Source: Bacteroidota bacterium
Lineage (GTDB): Bacteria; Bacteroidota; Ignavibacteria; UBA10030; UBA6906
Length of the DNA: 64,000 bases
Direction: 5' to 3'
Assembly: GCA_036397975.1 (NCBI GenBank)
Contig: DASWHW010000099.1
Span: forward strand, 700-64,699
Made by a program: the position numbers and the translations under genes. The notes beneath the pieces were generated by a model that searched no databases, had not been told where the DNA came from, and saw only the letters and a program-made list of their open reading frames with translations. Below, piece after piece: positions 20,033 through 28,880 of this stretch (its first letter is position 1; the number at the start of each line of letters is the position of its first letter).

Positions 20033-20744
20033 GAATAGAACATTGAAGCAGATCCTCGGGATCTGGACCACGGCCGTTATTATTCTCGGCCTTGGCTTGC
20101 CAATGGTCGCTCAGCCGTCTCATTGGGGGGAGCTTCCACTTATCCCGGGATTGGAGCAACGCGCAAGAATTATCTTCTTCCATGTCCCGACCGCGTGGTT
20201 AAGCGTTATAGCCTTTCTGACCAGCATGTGGTTTGGAATCCGTTATTTGCGCAAGAAGAATCCACACGATGATATCAAGTCGGTCACGCATGCAGGACTT
20301 GGGCTTCTCTTTTGCATTCTGGCAACGGTGACTGGTTCGATTTGGGCGAAGTTCAATTGGGGTTCATTTTGGAACTGGGATCCTCGGGAGACGTCAATTT
20401 TCGTCCTCCTGTTGATTTATGGAGCCTATTTCGCACTCCGGTCGGCTATTGATGTTGAAGAGAAGCGAGCCACACTTTCTGCCGTATATTCCATTATCGC
20501 GGGGGTCATTGCTCCATTTTTTATCTTTGTCCTGCCAAGAATAACCGCGGGTTTGCATCCAGGCTCAGCAGACGATGTCAACTCGGGTCCTGTGGTAAGC
20601 TCAGGGGGCATGAATGCGACTATGCGAGTTATTTTCTACTCGTCGGTGGCAGCGTTCATGGGTATGTACTTATGGATGAGCAATCTTCATATCCGAGCGG
20701 TAACGCTCGTTCAGAGAAAAGAGCTAGAATCAGGCAAAGCCTAG
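20016..20744 (+). CDS. ccmC: Heme exporter protein CcmC
   Basis: Contains the WWD motif (WGSFWNWDPRETS). The start is chosen at the ATG at 20016; the ORF track starts at 19977. Confidence 0.85.
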   Translation: MSGKIKNRTLKQILGIWTTAVIILGLGLPMVAQPSHWGELPLIPGLEQRARIIFFHVPTAWLSVIAFLTSMWFGIRYLRKKNPHDDIKSVTHAGLGLLFCILATVTGSIWAKFNWGSFWNWDPRETSIFVLLLIYGAYFALRSAIDVEEKRATLSAVYSIIAGVIAPFFIFVLPRITAGLHPGSADDVNSGPVVSSGGMNATMRVIFYSSVAAFMGMYLWMSNLHIRAVTLVQRKELESGKA

Positions 20745-20753
20745 GAGGATACG

Positions 20754-20903
20754 TTGTACGAATTTCTGACTGCGAATGCACTATACGTTGTACTTTTGAT
20801 TGTGCTTGTAATATGGTTTGGTATTTATACTTACCTGTACAGACTTGAGGGGAAGCTCAAGCACCTCGAAGAGCTTTTAAAAGACCAAGGAGACGCTACA
20901 TGA
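20754..20903 (+). CDS. ccmD: Heme exporter protein CcmD (small single-TM protein)
   Basis: A 49-aa ORF that the track misses. TTG start, with an AGGAGG ribosome-binding site 5 nt upstream. It has one hydrophobic helix (ALYVVLLIVLVIWFGIY) and then a charged tail. Its TGA stop overlaps the ccmE ATG (ATGA). Confidence 0.6.
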   Translation: MYEFLTANALYVVLLIVLVIWFGIYTYLYRLEGKLKHLEELLKDQGDAT

Positions 20904-21292
20904 ATCCTAAGATCATCATTTCGGCGATCATCGTTGTTGCCTTCATCATCTTCGGTTCGTATTCATTTATGGATAGCAAACTCGAATACACGGATATCGC
21001 TGGAGCACTCAAGTCTCACAAGAAGGTGCAGTTGAAAGGTGAGTGGAATAAGGAGAAGTCTTCAGGCTTTAATCAGGAGAAAGCCCAATTCACATTCTAT
21101 CTTCGGGATGACAAGGGGGAGGAGTGCAAGGTGGTACTTGATGGCGCTGCCCCAAACAACTTTGAGCTGGCGATAAGTGTGGTAGCAAAAGGTCGCTTCA
21201 CGGAAGAAGGCTATTTCCACGCTACAGAAGTTTTAACGAAGTGTCCGTCGAAATATGAGGCAAACTCAGAAGAGGTCAACAAGAGTAGTTAG
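20900..21292 (+). CDS. ccmE: Cytochrome c-type biogenesis heme chaperone CcmE, CxxxY variant
   Basis: N-terminal TM helix and an OB-fold. The C-terminus EVLTKCPSKYE aligns with E. coli EVLAKHDENY, so Cys replaces the heme-binding His. Confidence 0.8.
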   Translation: MNPKIIISAIIVVAFIIFGSYSFMDSKLEYTDIAGALKSHKKVQLKGEWNKEKSSGFNQEKAQFTFYLRDDKGEECKVVLDGAAPNNFELAISVVAKGRFTEEGYFHATEVLTKCPSKYEANSEEVNKSS

Positions 21293-21326
21293 TTTTTGAT
21301 TGTTCATTTCCGTATAGGGAAACAAA

Positions 21327-23615
21327 ATGATTGGCGCACTTCTCGTAAAGATCGCCTTTGTAACATGCCTTATTTCCGTCCTCGCTTATATCCAGCATCT
21401 CCGTAGGGGGGAGGAGAATGTCCTCAAGATTGCCAGGTGGTTCTATCATTCAACGGTCATTACGATCCTTCTGTTTTCCGCCACGCTGCTGTACCTGATC
21501 CTCACGCACCAGTTTCAGTACACGTACATCTGGAGTTACAGCTCACGTGAACTTTCAACGCCTTTGCTTATTTCCACATTCTATGCGGGGCAGGAGGGAA
21601 GCTTCACACTCTGGCTATTGTACACGTCCATCATTGGTGTCTTCCTTCTCCGATACTCATCCCGAAAAGGTTATGAATCGGAAGTAATGCCAGTGTTTGG
21701 CTTGATTGTTCAGATGTTACTCTTGCTCATTGTTGTCAAGAGCCCGTTTACATTTGTGTGGGAGACCTGGCCCGGAGAAGTTCAAGCCGGCTTCGTGCCC
21801 GCGAATGGACGCGGCTTAAACCCGCTACTTCAAAATTACTGGATGGTAATTCATCCCCAGGTTCTATTCAGCGGTTTCTCGGCGATGGGCGTTCCCTACG
21901 CTTACGCTGTTGCCGCGCTTCTTAAGCGTGACTACAAGAACTGGATCAGACCAGCAACACCTTGGATCGTCTTTGGTGCCCTCATGCTTGGAATTGGGAT
22001 TATTATGGGAGGGTATTGGGCGTATGAGACGCTCGGATGGGGAGGCTATTGGGCATGGGACCCTGTTGAAAACTCCTCGTTGGTGCCATGGCTCTTCTCT
22101 GTGGCGTCAATCCACACCATTCTTTCACAAAGAAAAAGTGGAGCATTCATCCGCACGAACCTTGTCCTTGGGATGCTCTGCTTTCTCACTGTTTTGTATT
22201 CAACATTCTTGACTCGTAGCGGAGTTCTTGGCGATACATCCGTTCACTCTTTCGTAACGCCTGGCATGTGGGTCTATTGGTTGATGATTGGGATGCTCGT
22301 GCTGTTTACTTCTCTCGGGCTTGGGTTGTTGATACGACGAATGAAGGAGATGCCGAAAGTTCCTGTACTGCATGATTATTACTCCCGGGAGTTCGCGTTG
22401 TTTCTGGGATCTGCAACGCTCGTGGTCATCGCTGTTTTCATCACAGTTGGGACTTCTTCTCCGATCATTACGGAGATACTTCAAGGGAAGAAGTCGGCGG
22501 TCGACATCTCTTTCTACTCGAAGACTGTGCTCCCACTTGGAATCCTCATCGGCATCCTCACTGGAATAGCACAGCTTCTGTGGTGGACCAAATCCGACAA
22601 GAAGGAGTTTTTCACAAGTTTGCTTTGGCCTACCGTCCTTTCTCTCGCGACGACTGCTTTTCTCGTCACCTTGAGAGTCCATGATGTCCGGCTGGCGCTC
22701 TTTATCTTTGGCTCCTCGTTCGCACTGTTTTCCAACATCCAGGTCGGCTCACGAATCGTGAAGGGAAATCCAAAATATGCCGGTGGTGCAATAGCGCATG
22801 TAGGGCTTGCCGTTATGTTCTTTGGATTCGTTTCGTCCTCCGAATACGATTCGAAACAAACTGTGTCCCTCACTCAGAACGAACCAGTTGAAGCGCTCGG
22901 CTACACCCTGACTTATAACGGGTACAAACCTATTGACGATGAAAAGTATGCATTTCAAATCAAGATCGAAAAAGATGGCAAAGAATACCACGCCTCACCG
23001 ATAATGTATTACAGCAAGTTCAACGAAGGTCTGATGAGAAATCCAGATGTCATCAACTTGAAGACAAAGGACTTCTATGTCGCCCCTCTCTCGTTGGAAT
23101 CTGCAAGCGACGCCGAAAAGAAATCGACGGCAACATTCCAAATGAAAAAAGGTGATACTGCGACCATGGGATCCATGGAGATTACCTTTAACGAATTTGA
23201 CTTTCCAGTCATGGAAAAGGCAGCGATGCTCGAAGGTCGGAAAGTGACGATCGGGGCGAAGCTCACGGTGAAAGAATACGGAAAGAATCCTGAGGAACTT
23301 AAGCCATCAAAAGTAATGGAGAACGGTGCCGCGACCGATCAGCCCGCACGCTACAACGATCGCTACGAGTTCACGATCGCTTCAATGCAACCCGACCGCG
23401 ATAACAAGGACAACTCAAAGGTTGAGATCGCAGTGAAAGATCTCATGGCAGCAAGCGTTCAAAAAGCAAAAGGGGATGTGCTTGTAGTTGAAGCCAGCGT
23501 CAAGCCCTTTATCAACCTTGTTTGGTCGGGGGTGATTATCTTATTTCTCGGATTAGGAGTAACGATTGTTCGGAGAGCGCAAGAGGCAAGGTTGAAGCAT
23601 GAGAACACGGCCTAA
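21327..23615 (+). CDS. ccmF: Cytochrome c-type biogenesis protein CcmF (heme lyase)
   Basis: 762-aa polytopic membrane protein with the WWD domain (WGGYWAWDPVENSSLVPW). Confidence 0.9.
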   Translation: MIGALLVKIAFVTCLISVLAYIQHLRRGEENVLKIARWFYHSTVITILLFSATLLYLILTHQFQYTYIWSYSSRELSTPLLISTFYAGQEGSFTLWLLYTSIIGVFLLRYSSRKGYESEVMPVFGLIVQMLLLLIVVKSPFTFVWETWPGEVQAGFVPANGRGLNPLLQNYWMVIHPQVLFSGFSAMGVPYAYAVAALLKRDYKNWIRPATPWIVFGALMLGIGIIMGGYWAYETLGWGGYWAWDPVENSSLVPWLFSVASIHTILSQRKSGAFIRTNLVLGMLCFLTVLYSTFLTRSGVLGDTSVHSFVTPGMWVYWLMIGMLVLFTSLGLGLLIRRMKEMPKVPVLHDYYSREFALFLGSATLVVIAVFITVGTSSPIITEILQGKKSAVDISFYSKTVLPLGILIGILTGIAQLLWWTKSDKKEFFTSLLWPTVLSLATTAFLVTLRVHDVRLALFIFGSSFALFSNIQVGSRIVKGNPKYAGGAIAHVGLAVMFFGFVSSSEYDSKQTVSLTQNEPVEALGYTLTYNGYKPIDDEKYAFQIKIEKDGKEYHASPIMYYSKFNEGLMRNPDVINLKTKDFYVAPLSLESASDAEKKSTATFQMKKGDTATMGSMEITFNEFDFPVMEKAAMLEGRKVTIGAKLTVKEYGKNPEELKPSKVMENGAATDQPARYNDRYEFTIASMQPDRDNKDNSKVEIAVKDLMAASVQKAKGDVLVVEASVKPFINLVWSGVIILFLGLGVTIVRRAQEARLKHENTA

Positions 23616-24046
23616 GGAGACAGGAGCTTCACTCCTAAACCAAAACGAAACACCATCTCTCCACCGTACCACGCGCCAAGTACTATGGCACTCACACCTA
23701 GAACATAAAGTCCCCAGAACAGAGAACGCATTCGTTCGGGAAGCTTCGTTTTCAGCCCTACCCTCCAAAACAGCAAAACAATAAAAGCCGATGAGCTAAG
23801 GAAAGCGAACTGCTCGTGAGCCTCAAGCGTCTGCAGGGCAACACTGTCAACAACAATGCTATCCCTGGCAAATAGACCAGTGGCGACCGCCGCGACGAGG
23901 AACACTGTCCCAACAGATTGGCACCACCATCCAACCCGAGTCAATTCAACTTTCTTAAGCACAACACCCGAAGCGTCGAAGAAAAAAGCAACGATAAGAA
24001 GTGCTATCGGGAAATGAACGATTGTTGGATGGATATTGGGCATCAA
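23612..24046 (-). CDS. DUF2231-like membrane protein
   Basis: 144 aa with four TM helices and an N-terminal HPTIVHFPIALL motif. Its 3' end overlaps the ccmF 3' end by 4 nt (convergent). Confidence 0.45.
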   Translation of the reverse strand: MMPNIHPTIVHFPIALLIVAFFFDASGVVLKKVELTRVGWWCQSVGTVFLVAAVATGLFARDSIVVDSVALQTLEAHEQFAFLSSSAFIVLLFWRVGLKTKLPERMRSLFWGLYVLGVSAIVLGAWYGGEMVFRFGLGVKLLSP

Positions 24047-24766
24047 TCACGCCGTCAACGAAAAAAGATCTGAAATTCCTACCATGTTTACGGAATAAAA
24101 AGGCTCGCCGTACTTCCTTCCGATGCGATCCCCATAATACTCATACCGTGCCCGTAAAAAGTCCAGAAAATCAGGCGTGCTCAAAAATGTTTCCCGTTCT
24201 TTGCTTGATGGATCGTAAAACTGCGATTTGAATGCCTTCACACTCTCCATCCTCTGCTCAAATTGTTCCGAAATGTCTACGACAAACGACGGCTCGAATT
24301 CAAAAGTCTGCATGTAATGGTAGAACGCCCGAGGGCGGAAAGGTTCCTGCTTTTTCCCGCCTCGTGCTGTCTCGAGTTTTTCAAGACCTGAAGAAAACCA
24401 TGCTTCGCGGCAAAGCCGGTGCGCATGTTCATGATCGGGGTGTCGTTCGAGCCAATGCGGAAACAGAAGAATTTGTGGCCGGACATGACGAATAACTTCA
24501 ATGACTGCGGCCTTCGTTGCAGGCGTTATTTCAATGCTGCCATCGGGAAGGCCCAGATTCTCGCGGAAATCAACTCCAATGATCTCTCCTGCTGCCTTTG
24601 CTTCGCTCTCCCGTGTTTCCGGCGTACCCCGAGTACCAAGCTCACCGCGGGTTAAATCCAGGATCCCAATCTTTTTGCCTTGCTTCTTCAATTTTATGAG
24701 AGTACCGCTGCACGTCAGTTCCACATCATCAGGATGCGCTCCAATCGAAAGAACATCAAGTGTCAT
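24047..24766 (-). CDS. bshB1: Bacillithiol biosynthesis deacetylase BshB1 (LmbE/PIG-L family)
   Basis: Contains the motifs AHPDDVELTCSGT and HPDHEH typical of LmbE-family deacetylases, and has a BshB1-like length (239 aa). Confidence 0.7.
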   Translation of the reverse strand: MTLDVLSIGAHPDDVELTCSGTLIKLKKQGKKIGILDLTRGELGTRGTPETRESEAKAAGEIIGVDFRENLGLPDGSIEITPATKAAVIEVIRHVRPQILLFPHWLERHPDHEHAHRLCREAWFSSGLEKLETARGGKKQEPFRPRAFYHYMQTFEFEPSFVVDISEQFEQRMESVKAFKSQFYDPSSKERETFLSTPDFLDFLRARYEYYGDRIGRKYGEPFYSVNMVGISDLFSLTA

Positions 24767-24903
24767 GAATTCTCTCCAGTGTGGAACTGTCTCGTTTTTG
24801 CATTAGTTGTGGTCGGTAGCTTAACGCGCACAAAATTAGCTCTTCTCGATTCGAATGTCAAGAAGGAGGTGCATCCAACCGAAATTTATTATATTGTCTG
24901 AAC

Positions 24904-27429
24904 GTGAAGAATTCTTCCAGAATAATTCCTCTCTTTTTGCTCCTTGCAACGACATCTGCAAGCTCGCTCGCTCAGCAGAAGGGGGGGCAGATTCGTGGCC
25001 TTATCACCGACGCCGAAACAAAGGGTCCACTTCCGCTTGTCAATGTGACCATCGAGAAATCACCATGGGGATCCACCACCGATCTGGAGGGGAAGTTCGT
25101 CATTTCTTCTATTCCAATGGGAGAGTACGTTCTCGTTGCTCGCCTTGTCGGATATGAGGAGGTCAAGGAAACCGTTTCCGTTCAGCAAGGGAAGGAAACG
25201 CGGATTACCGTCGCTATGGAGCAAACTACCATCAGGCTTGGAGAAGTTAGGGTGACGGGTGACCGCGCCCGTCCGCAAGATGATACCAGGACTAGTGTTC
25301 TCATCCTGGAACCTGCGCAAGCAAGAACTCTTGCCGGAGTGGGGGAGGACGTCTTCCGGACCCTTCAGGCATTGCCGGGTGTTCTTGCTCCAAACGATTT
25401 CAGCTCGCAACTTGCCATTCGGGGAAGCGGACCTGACCAGAATCTCATTATCATGGACGGTATTGAAGTGTTTAATCCATACCGCCTCTATGGAACAATC
25501 AGTATGTTCAATCCTGAAACAGTCAATAATATTGAACTGGTCACCGGGGGATTTGGGGCGCAATACGGAGACCGTCTCTCCGCGGTGCTTGCCGTGACCA
25601 ACAAGGAGGGAAGAAACGAAGAAGGTGTTCATGGGAGTGTCAACGCAAGCATTACGAATGCGAACATTGTGTTCGACGGCAGTTATCCTTTCGGTCTTCG
25701 CGGGTCGTATGTTGTGGCTGTGCGGAGAACGTATTATGACCTGATTCTCGGCCCTATCGCGAAGAAGGCGAAGCTCGTGAGTGGTGATGTTGCGTTCCCG
25801 AACTTTGCTGACTTCCAATCGAAATTTACGTTCGAACCTTCCGATGGACACAAAATAATTCTGAACGGAATTGCCAGCAAAGACGCGGTGGATGTGGTCT
25901 CCTCATCTGAACGTGAGAACCCTGATAGCGTCAATGTTCGTGACAATACACGGAACGATGTCGTTGGAGTTGCCTGGCACTTTGTTCCTTCACCCTCAAC
26001 GATGTCCCGCTTTGCCGCATCCTGGTATAGGAATACCGGCGACACTGAATTCGGCGGCGATTTTGTCGATCCTTCCCTCAATCGTGACCTCTATGAGAAC
26101 AGGATCGATACTCTCGGTATCCGGTTCCTCAATCTTGAATTTGACTCAAGATACATTTTTGAAAAGCTTTCGTTCAAAGAGGAATTCAGCTATCATCACG
26201 GGATGCACTCGTTCGTTTCCGGTGCCGGCCTCGATTTCCTCAACACAACACTCCGCTGGACTTTTCGCCCTGACGCGGCCCTTCGCGCAGTCCTTGAATC
26301 GAGAAATATCCCATTTCTTCTTGAGCTGGACCAAACAAAGCGCTATTACCGGACGCATTTGTTTGTGCAGGATGATATCGAATTTTCATCCCAAGTCTCC
26401 GTCCAAGCCGGACTCCGGTATGATTTCTACGATATCATTGGACGGGGATATCTCCAGCCTCGAATCAGTGCTTCCTTCGCTCTTGATCCTACAACAACTC
26501 TTCGAGCAGCATTAGGCCTTTATCGACAATCGCCGGGATATGAAAAGCTGCTCGATCAAAACAGTTTCATCGACTTAACCAATAGCAATGTTGGAGTCCT
26601 GGGCGCAGAAAAAGCAACTCACTATGTTCTGGGATTTGATCGCTGGCTTGACAACAAATGGCGTCTCCAGTTTGAAACATATTACAAGAACTTTCAGGAT
26701 GTCATTGTACAGGACATTGTTCCAGGGTCGGTATACCAGTCGTCCCCGATCTCCGGGGGAGATGTTCGGAAAATATCCGGCTGGACTCTCCCTGCAGCTA
26801 TCCCTTCTGACTCTACGACAACAAATCCTGTCAATGGTGCAAAGGGATCATCATACGGGATTGAAATACTGCTTGAGAAAAAAAACTTGTTTGCCGACGA
26901 TCGTCTCTCAGGCTGGGTAAGCTATTCTCTGGCACAGGCAGAAAGAACAAGAGGTGCACTTGTTACACCGTTCAGGTTTGACCAGAGACATACGATGAAC
27001 CTCGTTATTGACTATGCAATTTCCGACTGGCTTACTGTCGGCATTCGATGGAAGTACGGCAGCGGGCTTCCATACACCGAGCCGGTAGGAATTCGACCAA
27101 GGATCATTGCAAATGAATCCAATGGGCAGACAGTCCATGAAATTCAGTCAGATGGAAATGGCAATGTCGTTTTTGACTTCGATAGGGGAGGAGAAGCCAA
27201 TCGTTTTCAGAGCAGTCTGCCTCCATATCACAGGCTGGATGCACGATTGACTGCCGCTGCGGATTACTGGGACCTGGACTGGCATTTTTATATTGATGTG
27301 ATTAATGTATACAATCGATCGAACGTTCTGACATACAACTACTTTATCGGCAGTGACTTATCTATTGGCCGCACCTCTGTATACATGCTTCCTCTTCTTC
27401 CTACTCTTGGCTTCTCCGTACAGTTCTGA
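24904..27429 (+). CDS. TonB-dependent outer membrane receptor with an N-terminal carboxypeptidase-regulatory-like domain
   Basis: 841 aa with a signal peptide, a CarbopepD_reg-like segment (VNVTIEKSPWGSTTDLEGKFVISSIPMGEYVLVARLVGYEE), a plug domain and a C-terminal beta-barrel ending in ..GFSVQF. Confidence 0.85.
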   Translation: MKNSSRIIPLFLLLATTSASSLAQQKGGQIRGLITDAETKGPLPLVNVTIEKSPWGSTTDLEGKFVISSIPMGEYVLVARLVGYEEVKETVSVQQGKETRITVAMEQTTIRLGEVRVTGDRARPQDDTRTSVLILEPAQARTLAGVGEDVFRTLQALPGVLAPNDFSSQLAIRGSGPDQNLIIMDGIEVFNPYRLYGTISMFNPETVNNIELVTGGFGAQYGDRLSAVLAVTNKEGRNEEGVHGSVNASITNANIVFDGSYPFGLRGSYVVAVRRTYYDLILGPIAKKAKLVSGDVAFPNFADFQSKFTFEPSDGHKIILNGIASKDAVDVVSSSERENPDSVNVRDNTRNDVVGVAWHFVPSPSTMSRFAASWYRNTGDTEFGGDFVDPSLNRDLYENRIDTLGIRFLNLEFDSRYIFEKLSFKEEFSYHHGMHSFVSGAGLDFLNTTLRWTFRPDAALRAVLESRNIPFLLELDQTKRYYRTHLFVQDDIEFSSQVSVQAGLRYDFYDIIGRGYLQPRISASFALDPTTTLRAALGLYRQSPGYEKLLDQNSFIDLTNSNVGVLGAEKATHYVLGFDRWLDNKWRLQFETYYKNFQDVIVQDIVPGSVYQSSPISGGDVRKISGWTLPAAIPSDSTTTNPVNGAKGSSYGIEILLEKKNLFADDRLSGWVSYSLAQAERTRGALVTPFRFDQRHTMNLVIDYAISDWLTVGIRWKYGSGLPYTEPVGIRPRIIANESNGQTVHEIQSDGNGNVVFDFDRGGEANRFQSSLPPYHRLDARLTAAADYWDLDWHFYIDVINVYNRSNVLTYNYFIGSDLSIGRTSVYMLPLLPTLGFSVQF

Positions 27430-27432
27430 TCT

Positions 27433-28626
27433 ATGAACGCTCATGAAAAGATCGTCGGCATATCGGAATTGACCCGTCGGATCAAACGGTTGCTCGAGGG
27501 TGGCTTTTCTTCGGTGGCTGTTCAGGGAGAAGTGTCAAATTTCAAGCATCATCATCCATCAGGTCATCTCTATTTTACTCTGAAGGATGAGAATGCGTCA
27601 CTCAGTGCGGTGATGTGGCGCAGCCGCGCCTCGATGTTACCTTTCATGCCGGTTGATGGAATGAAAGTCGTCGCAAGCGGACGAATAACTGTCTATGAAG
27701 TTCGTGGAAACTATCAGCTCGATGTGCTCAGTATGCGTCCGTTGGGGACGGGTGACCTGCAAATTGCATTCGAGAAACTGAAACAAAAACTCTTCGAGGA
27801 GGGTTTATTTGCGGAAGAGCATAAACTTCCCTTGCCGGAATACCCTGAACGGATTGGCATCGTCACATCACCGACAGGCGCCGTCTTGCAGGACATGTTG
27901 AATGTTCTCCGACGACGCTTCCCCGGAGTGGAAGTGGTGATTGCCCCGGTGAAGGTGCAGGGACCGGGTGCCGCTTCGGAAATTGCAGAAGCGATCCGCG
28001 CGTTGAATATGCTGAACCTTGTCGACATCATCGTCCTCGCGCGAGGCGGCGGGTCTCTCGAAGATCTCTGGCCATTCAACGAAGAAATTGTCGCGAGAGC
28101 AATCTATGCGTCGATCCTTCCCGTTGTCAGCGCAATCGGACATGAAGTGGATTACACGATCGCAGACTTCGTTGCAGATATGCGAGCACCGACTCCCTCG
28201 GCGGCCGCCGAACTCATCGTGCAGGAACGGAATGCAATCATTGAAGTTTTACGCAATAATGCTTATACTATGCAAGAAAACCTAACGACAATGCTGAAGA
28301 ACCATAAGGAGTCCATTCGGCATCTCCTTCGTAGTTATACCTTTAACAAACCGCTTGACCTTCTCCGCCAAATGAATCAACGCATCGATGAGATTCATCG
28401 TACCTTGGGGGTTTCAATGGAACACATCCATGCCCTTACCGCGTCGAGAATGAATGCTCTCCAACAGAGGATAGAGGCGCTGAATCCTGAGTTGGTACTC
28501 AAACGAGGGTATGCGATGGTGTATCGCGATACCAACATCATCTCCTCAAGCTCTTCCTTGCATCTGCAGGATGAAATTCGCGTTCGATTCCGTGACGGCG
28601 AAAAGAAATCGGTGATTATAGAATAA
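27433..28626 (+). CDS. xseA: Exodeoxyribonuclease VII large subunit
   Basis: 397 aa with an OB-fold N-terminus (HLYFTLKDENASLSAVMW) and the catalytic domain motif GIVTSPTGAVLQD. Confidence 0.9.
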   Translation: MNAHEKIVGISELTRRIKRLLEGGFSSVAVQGEVSNFKHHHPSGHLYFTLKDENASLSAVMWRSRASMLPFMPVDGMKVVASGRITVYEVRGNYQLDVLSMRPLGTGDLQIAFEKLKQKLFEEGLFAEEHKLPLPEYPERIGIVTSPTGAVLQDMLNVLRRRFPGVEVVIAPVKVQGPGAASEIAEAIRALNMLNLVDIIVLARGGGSLEDLWPFNEEIVARAIYASILPVVSAIGHEVDYTIADFVADMRAPTPSAAAELIVQERNAIIEVLRNNAYTMQENLTTMLKNHKESIRHLLRSYTFNKPLDLLRQMNQRIDEIHRTLGVSMEHIHALTASRMNALQQRIEALNPELVLKRGYAMVYRDTNIISSSSSLHLQDEIRVRFRDGEKKSVIIE

Positions 28627-28880
28627 TGGCAAAAGCAAGACCTGAAAAATCGGCCGACAGCGGTCAGACTTTCGAATCTTCCCTCAAGAAATTGGAAGCA
28701 ATCGTTGATCAACTGGAGCAAGGTGATGTCCCCCTCGAGGATTCCATCCGCATGTATGAAGAAGGAATTACTCTCTCCAAAGCGTGTGTGGAAAAACTCA
28801 TGAAAGCGGAAATGCGCATCAAAACCTTGAGCAAAGACATGGATGGAAATTTCCGTGTGATCGGGGAGGATACTGAATGA
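28626..28880 (+). CDS. xseB: Exodeoxyribonuclease VII small subunit
   Basis: 84 aa containing FESSLKKLEAIVDQLEQGDVPLEDSIRMYEEG. Its start overlaps the xseA stop. Confidence 0.9.
   Translation: MAKARPEKSADSGQTFESSLKKLEAIVDQLEQGDVPLEDSIRMYEEGITLSKACVEKLMKAEMRIKTLSKDMDGNFRVIGEDTE

Noticed and set aside
25060-25851. 263-aa ORF on the minus strand
   Set aside because: Antisense inside the TonB-dependent receptor gene, with no motifs.
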